From contig CBDCDC010000002.1 in the NCBI GenBank assembly GCA_965215195.1, positions 4,064,001 to 4,128,000 on the forward strand: DNA of 64,000 bases, in the 5' to 3' direction. The translations under genes were made by a program, and so were the position numbers. How positions within the stretch are numbered: the stretch's first letter is position 1; the number at the start of each line of letters is the position of its first letter. The stretch comes from Candidatus Latescibacterota bacterium (GTDB taxonomy: Bacteria; Latescibacterota; UBA2968; UBA8231). This document shows, one piece after another, positions 60,053 through 64,000 of the stretch. The notes under the pieces were generated by a model. The model was not told the DNA's origin and did not search any database. It was given only the letters and a program-made list of their open reading frames with translations.

Positions 60053-61768
60053 TCAAAGGAGGTCGTCGGCTTCTTCTTCGGCCGACTCGGAGAAAGGCGC
60101 TTCGAGGATGGGCCGGCGCTCTTGGGACTTGGTCTTCTTCTGCACTTCGATCTGGGAGATGAAAATGCCGGGGGAGACCGCGGCCACGGGCACACCTCCC
60201 GACTCGGCCCCGCAGATGCCGTTGAACACGCCGATCTGATCGTCGGCCGCGGCGATCTGGCTGAAGGCGGTGAGCGGCGTGCCGATCAGATCGACTCCGC
60301 GCACCAGTTCCTCGCGCCCGTCGGTATAAATGCGGTACACCATGATGGGAAGCACGTTGAAGGCGTTGGGTATGGTGCGACCAGTGATGGTGAAGCCGCC
60401 TTGGATGTCTGCGAAATAGAGACCGAACTCCTTGTCCTCCATGCGGCACTGTTCGATGAGCATTGCCTTGAGCTGGTCTCGGGTCAGGGGCTCCGCGGTC
60501 TCGACGATGAGGTTGGACTGGCGCGCCACCGGGGCATAGCCCGGCTGCTTGCGTCCGTGGCCATTGGAATGGGGGAAATTCTCGATCGGCGAGCGCGACA
60601 TGAGGAAGCGGCGGAAAATCCCGTTCTCGACCACGGCCACCCGCTGTCCCTTGACGCCTTGATTGTCGTACGCGTAGGCCCCCACTAGATCCTTGCCGGC
60701 GCTGCTTGTCTGGGTGGGATCGAAGTAAACCGAGAAGGTCTCGGGCAGGACTTTCTCCCCCACTTTCTTTTTGAAGGTCTGGCCCTCATCCTCGCGCTTC
60801 TGGCGGTGGCCTTCGATGCGGTGTCCGAAAATTTCGTGGAAGAGGACGCCGCTGGCGCGACCCGAGAGAATCGCCGGACCCGTATAGGGGGCCACCACCG
60901 GGGCGTCGCGCAGGGCTTGTAAGTCGGCGATCATGCGCTCCACCAAGGCGAGGACCTCGTCGTCGCTGGGCAGGCCCTCCGGGGCAAAGGCCGAGAAGGA
61001 TTCGTAGCGCGGCAATTCCATGCCGTCGTCGGCCTTGGTAAAGGCGTAGATGAACAGGCGGTAGAGCACCTGCGAGGTCTGGAGCTCGCTGCCCTCGCTG
61101 TTGACGTATTGGCGAGTCGCGATATTGGCCGAGAGGCTGGCGTTGGCCTCGTACATGTCGCCGTACTGGGCGAAGGGGGCCGTGTACTGCTTGAGCTTGG
61201 CCTCCCATTCGGCGCGGGAGATGTCAAAGGCGGCGGCCTCTGCCAGATGGTGCTCGACCGGCTCTTTGGAGAAATCGTCCGATTGATCTTCCTCTTCCAC
61301 CTTGACTTGGACGTTGGTCTGAACCGCGGTTAGCTGTTCGATGGCGCGCTTGTACTTTTTGTCGGTGTGATACCAGAGCACACTGCGGATGGCGTCTGGG
61401 TCGTCCTCAATGGGAATTTCGATCCTCGAATAGCGATCGGACCAATTGGTGGGACTGCCGCGCACTTGGTGCGTATTGTCGAAGGCGTAGTCCCCCACGC
61501 GCAGATCGATGTCGAGCTGGCGGCGGCGCGATTCGTCGCTGTAGGTCAGCACGCCGAAGGAAGCCCGGACATTGATCCCCTGCGTCTCGGTGATTTCGTA
61601 GCTGAGGTAGTAGGGCGGGACAGGCTGCTCTTGGAGCAGGCCGAAGGAGCGGGTCAATTCCTCCTGCATGGCCTGCAGCAGCCGGGAAGAGGTCTCGGCC
61701 CGAACGCCATCCGCGGCGCACGCGGCGCAGACGAGGCAAAGGCATAGAAGTCGGGAAAAGGTTCTCAT
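60053..61768 (-). CDS. tldD: TldD family metalloprotease with signal peptide
   Basis: GVLFHEIFGHRIEGH (HExxxH), YDNQG, SNGHGR, RQSNL, CGAESG; signal MRTFSRLLCLCLVCAACA. Confidence 0.88.
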   Translation of the reverse strand: MRTFSRLLCLCLVCAACAADGVRAETSSRLLQAMQEELTRSFGLLQEQPVPPYYLSYEITETQGINVRASFGVLTYSDESRRRQLDIDLRVGDYAFDNTHQVRGSPTNWSDRYSRIEIPIEDDPDAIRSVLWYHTDKKYKRAIEQLTAVQTNVQVKVEEEDQSDDFSKEPVEHHLAEAAAFDISRAEWEAKLKQYTAPFAQYGDMYEANASLSANIATRQYVNSEGSELQTSQVLYRLFIYAFTKADDGMELPRYESFSAFAPEGLPSDDEVLALVERMIADLQALRDAPVVAPYTGPAILSGRASGVLFHEIFGHRIEGHRQKREDEGQTFKKKVGEKVLPETFSVYFDPTQTSSAGKDLVGAYAYDNQGVKGQRVAVVENGIFRRFLMSRSPIENFPHSNGHGRKQPGYAPVARQSNLIVETAEPLTRDQLKAMLIEQCRMEDKEFGLYFADIQGGFTITGRTIPNAFNVLPIMVYRIYTDGREELVRGVDLIGTPLTAFSQIAAADDQIGVFNGICGAESGGVPVAAVSPGIFISQIEVQKKTKSQERRPILEAPFSESAEEEADDLL

Positions 61769-61814
61769 TAGCAGGCCTTTCTTTGGTTTAGCGCGGAAAT
61801 TTTCTATATCAGTG

Positions 61815-63413
61815 CTACATGCCCCACACGATGACCCTTCGTCCATCCCGGCGCACCTCGCGGCGGAACACCTTCTCCGCCCACTGCTTCGCTTCCGTGC
61901 GGTCGAACACGATCAGGTGCCCGACCTCGCTCCCGCACCGGTCCATGTAGCGCAACGTCTGCTCGACGCCCGTGCCGATGGTGCCCTCCAAGCGTTGCCG
62001 TCTTCCTTCATGCCAGACCTTGCACTCAATGACGACCTTGCTCCACAGGTCTGGCGGGCCCTCGCCCACCGGCCACCGGATCAGCAGGTCGGTGCGCCCC
62101 CGTCCCAAGCCGTACTCCCGTTCGAGACGCCCGCCACCGTTGACCACCCGCTGCAAGAACGCCTGCAGGATGAGCTGCGGCCCCGCCTCCCGATACTCGA
62201 ACCGGCCCAGCCAATGCTCGGAGTGGGCGCGGAAGAACGACTGGAAGGCGGTCAGCAGCTTGTCGACGTTCAGGCCGCCGTCGGCGTCCACGTACCAAGC
62301 CGCGTCTTGGTCTAGGCTGTCCTGCAGGACGTAGCCCAATTCCCGCGGCACCACCTCCGCGTAGAGGGGATTGGCCAGGCGCGGCGGGGCGTCTTGGGCG
62401 ACCAAGCCCAAGTCGCGGACGTAATTGAGGTCGCGGAGATGATAGCAGGGTTCGTCGGTGCCGCTGAGTATGGGCTCAACGACGCGCCGCACGCGCGCCT
62501 CCTCCAGCTTGTGGGCGAGCTGATCGAGGTGGGTGCGTCGGCTCAGGATCAGGCGCTCGCGGGCGTCGAGGATGTCGGCGGCGGCGATGGCGCGGGAGCG
62601 GTCGCGGCCGGCCGGGTGGTCGAAGCAGGCGTCGGCGCACAGGGCGTTGACCAGCCAAGGCTGGCCTTGCGTCTGCGTCCAGACCAACTCCAAGGCTTCC
62701 GGGGTGAATGCCTGCCCGGTCTCGTCGGTGTGCTGCGCTATCAGTGCCCGCGTCTCGGCTTCGGAAAAGTCGCCGAGGCGCAGGGACTTGGCCACCACGT
62801 TGAACGGGCTGCCGCCGGCGATCAGCTCGCCCGCGCTCGAGCGGATGCGATAGTCCTGAATGTCGCGCACCCCGCACAGCACCACGCTTTGCGGAAAGCC
62901 TTCGGGACGCTGCTCGTAGCCTGACCGCAACTGGCGGAGCACCGACAGCAGAGTATCGCCGACGAGGGCGTCAATCTCGTCGATCAGCAGCACAACCGGC
63001 GTCGGATCGGCCATGCACCAGCGCGTCAACGCCGCCCCGAGCGCACGGCCTGGGCCGAATTTCGTCAGGATGTCCAGCCAAGCCTCGTCTAAGAACCTGT
63101 CGCCTGACAACAACGCATTGTCGGCCAGTTCCCCAAGAATGGTACGCATGGCACCTTCCACATCCTCGCGCATGGCTTGGGCGGCCTCGACGTTCACGTA
63201 CACGCACCGGAAGTCGCCTTGTTCGCCGTGGTTCAGCAGGTCGCGCAACGCGATGAGGGCGGATGTCTTGCCCGTCTGCCGGGGCGCGTGCAGCACGAAG
63301 TACCGTTTGTCCCGGATCATTTGCAGGATTTCGTCGAGATTCACCCGGTCCAGCGGCGGGATGTGGTAGTGGTCCTCGGGGCGGATGGGGCCTTCTGTAT
63401 TGAATCGGCGCAT
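61815..63413 (-). CDS. AAA-like ATPase with C-terminal PD-(D/E)XK nuclease-like domain
   Basis: HAPRQTGKTS, LLIDEID, GSPFNV; C-term EREYGLGRGRTDLLI...VIECK. Confidence 0.88.
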   Translation of the reverse strand: MRRFNTEGPIRPEDHYHIPPLDRVNLDEILQMIRDKRYFVLHAPRQTGKTSALIALRDLLNHGEQGDFRCVYVNVEAAQAMREDVEGAMRTILGELADNALLSGDRFLDEAWLDILTKFGPGRALGAALTRWCMADPTPVVLLIDEIDALVGDTLLSVLRQLRSGYEQRPEGFPQSVVLCGVRDIQDYRIRSSAGELIAGGSPFNVVAKSLRLGDFSEAETRALIAQHTDETGQAFTPEALELVWTQTQGQPWLVNALCADACFDHPAGRDRSRAIAAADILDARERLILSRRTHLDQLAHKLEEARVRRVVEPILSGTDEPCYHLRDLNYVRDLGLVAQDAPPRLANPLYAEVVPRELGYVLQDSLDQDAAWYVDADGGLNVDKLLTAFQSFFRAHSEHWLGRFEYREAGPQLILQAFLQRVVNGGGRLEREYGLGRGRTDLLIRWPVGEGPPDLWSKVVIECKVWHEGRRQRLEGTIGTGVEQTLRYMDRCGSEVGHLIVFDRTEAKQWAEKVFRREVRRDGRRVIVWGM

Positions 63414-63546
63414 GGATCAAGTATATGCCTCAGCGACGCGATTCGACAACCGGCGTTCCGGCGAGAGCGAAGGCCGCCTTGCGCGCCGCTTGACGAGTCC
63501 CCATGTTAGTCATATCCTTAGCTAAGCCATCCTCAAGGAGCCTATT

Positions 63547-63780
63547 ATGACAACGGTGAACGTACACGAAGCAAAGACCAACCTGTCGCGCCTGCTTGCC
63601 CAAGTTGAGGCCGGGGAGGAGGTCGTCATCGCCCGCAACGGCAAGCCGGTGGCGCGGCTGGTGGCTTGCAAGCGCCAGGGCAAGCCGCGGCCCGGAACTC
63701 TCAAGGGGAAGATAACCATACCCGACAGCTTCTTCGACCCGCTGCCGGAAGAGGAGCTGGTTCTCTGGGAGGGGGGTTGA
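63547..63780 (+). CDS. Phd/YefM family antitoxin
   Basis: VNVHEAKTNLSRLLAQVEAGEEVVIARNGKPVARLV; AAGGAG RBS. Confidence 0.95.
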   Translation: MTTVNVHEAKTNLSRLLAQVEAGEEVVIARNGKPVARLVACKRQGKPRPGTLKGKITIPDSFFDPLPEEELVLWEGG

Positions 63781-63783
63781 GCG

Positions 63784-64000
63784 TTGCGGCTCCTGTTGGA
63801 CACCCACGCTTTTCTCTGGTGGCTTACAGACGACACCCGGTTGCCACAACCTGCTCGGCGGGCCATCGAGGCCGAAGCGAACGACAAACTGATCAGTGCA
63901 GCGTCGGCTTGGGAAATCGCCATCAAGCACAATCTTGGCAAGCTGCCGGATGCCGACGCCATAGCTTTTGACATTCCCGGGAACATCGCCGACCAAGGCT
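63784..64000 (+). CDS. vapC: VapC PIN-domain toxin, partial
   Basis: TTG start; MRLLLDTHAFLWWL...ISAASAWEIAIK...LGKL; follows the antitoxin. Confidence 0.92.
   Translation, partial: MRLLLDTHAFLWWLTDDTRLPQPARRAIEAEANDKLISAASAWEIAIKHNLGKLPDADAIAFDIPGNIADQG

Noticed and set aside
58254-60449. Long overlaps between ORFs (731-aa TldE, 369-aa SirB1, 738-aa Omp85 and 732-aa hydantoinase starts)
   Set aside because: Over-extended starts; downstream ATGs with RBS or signal peptides remove the overlaps

Overview
High-GC bacterial chromosomal window of about 50 genes. The gene content (FG-GAP/ASPIC-UnbV, TPR and LRR lipoproteins, PhyH, hydantoinases, DUF1640-like coiled coils, AAA-PD-(D/E)XK, VapBC) suggests a Latescibacterota/Gemmatimonadota/Poribacteria-like, possibly sponge-associated organism; this is inference only. 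Recognisable core items: ispH, ilvD, mannose-1-P guanylyltransferase, tamB-bamA/tamA, acyl-ACP desaturase, pspA, mmsA, hydantoinase A/B, vanX, a TldD/E pair and tmRNA (33974-34331). No CRISPR array, rRNA, tRNA, integrase, transposase or reverse transcriptase was seen. Most notable observations: (1) two tandem modular LRR lipoprotein paralogs whose 72-bp repeats have an almost invariant scaffold but hypervariable concave-face codons; (2) a 629-bp inverted duplication carrying a whole 177-aa gene and bracketing manC-ispH-three BMC pentamer genes; (3) a sigma54-type promoter ahead of a stand-alone Fis-like HTH, pspA and a membrane protein, divergent from a soluble desaturase; (4) a signal-peptide-bearing TldD/TldE pair next to a VanX lipoprotein; (5) an SF1 helicase-Vsr-like fusion beside ssrA; (6) two MITE types with target-site duplications, plus orphan NrdR-like and LexA-like operator pairs. 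All calls come from reading motifs by eye; no database searches were run.
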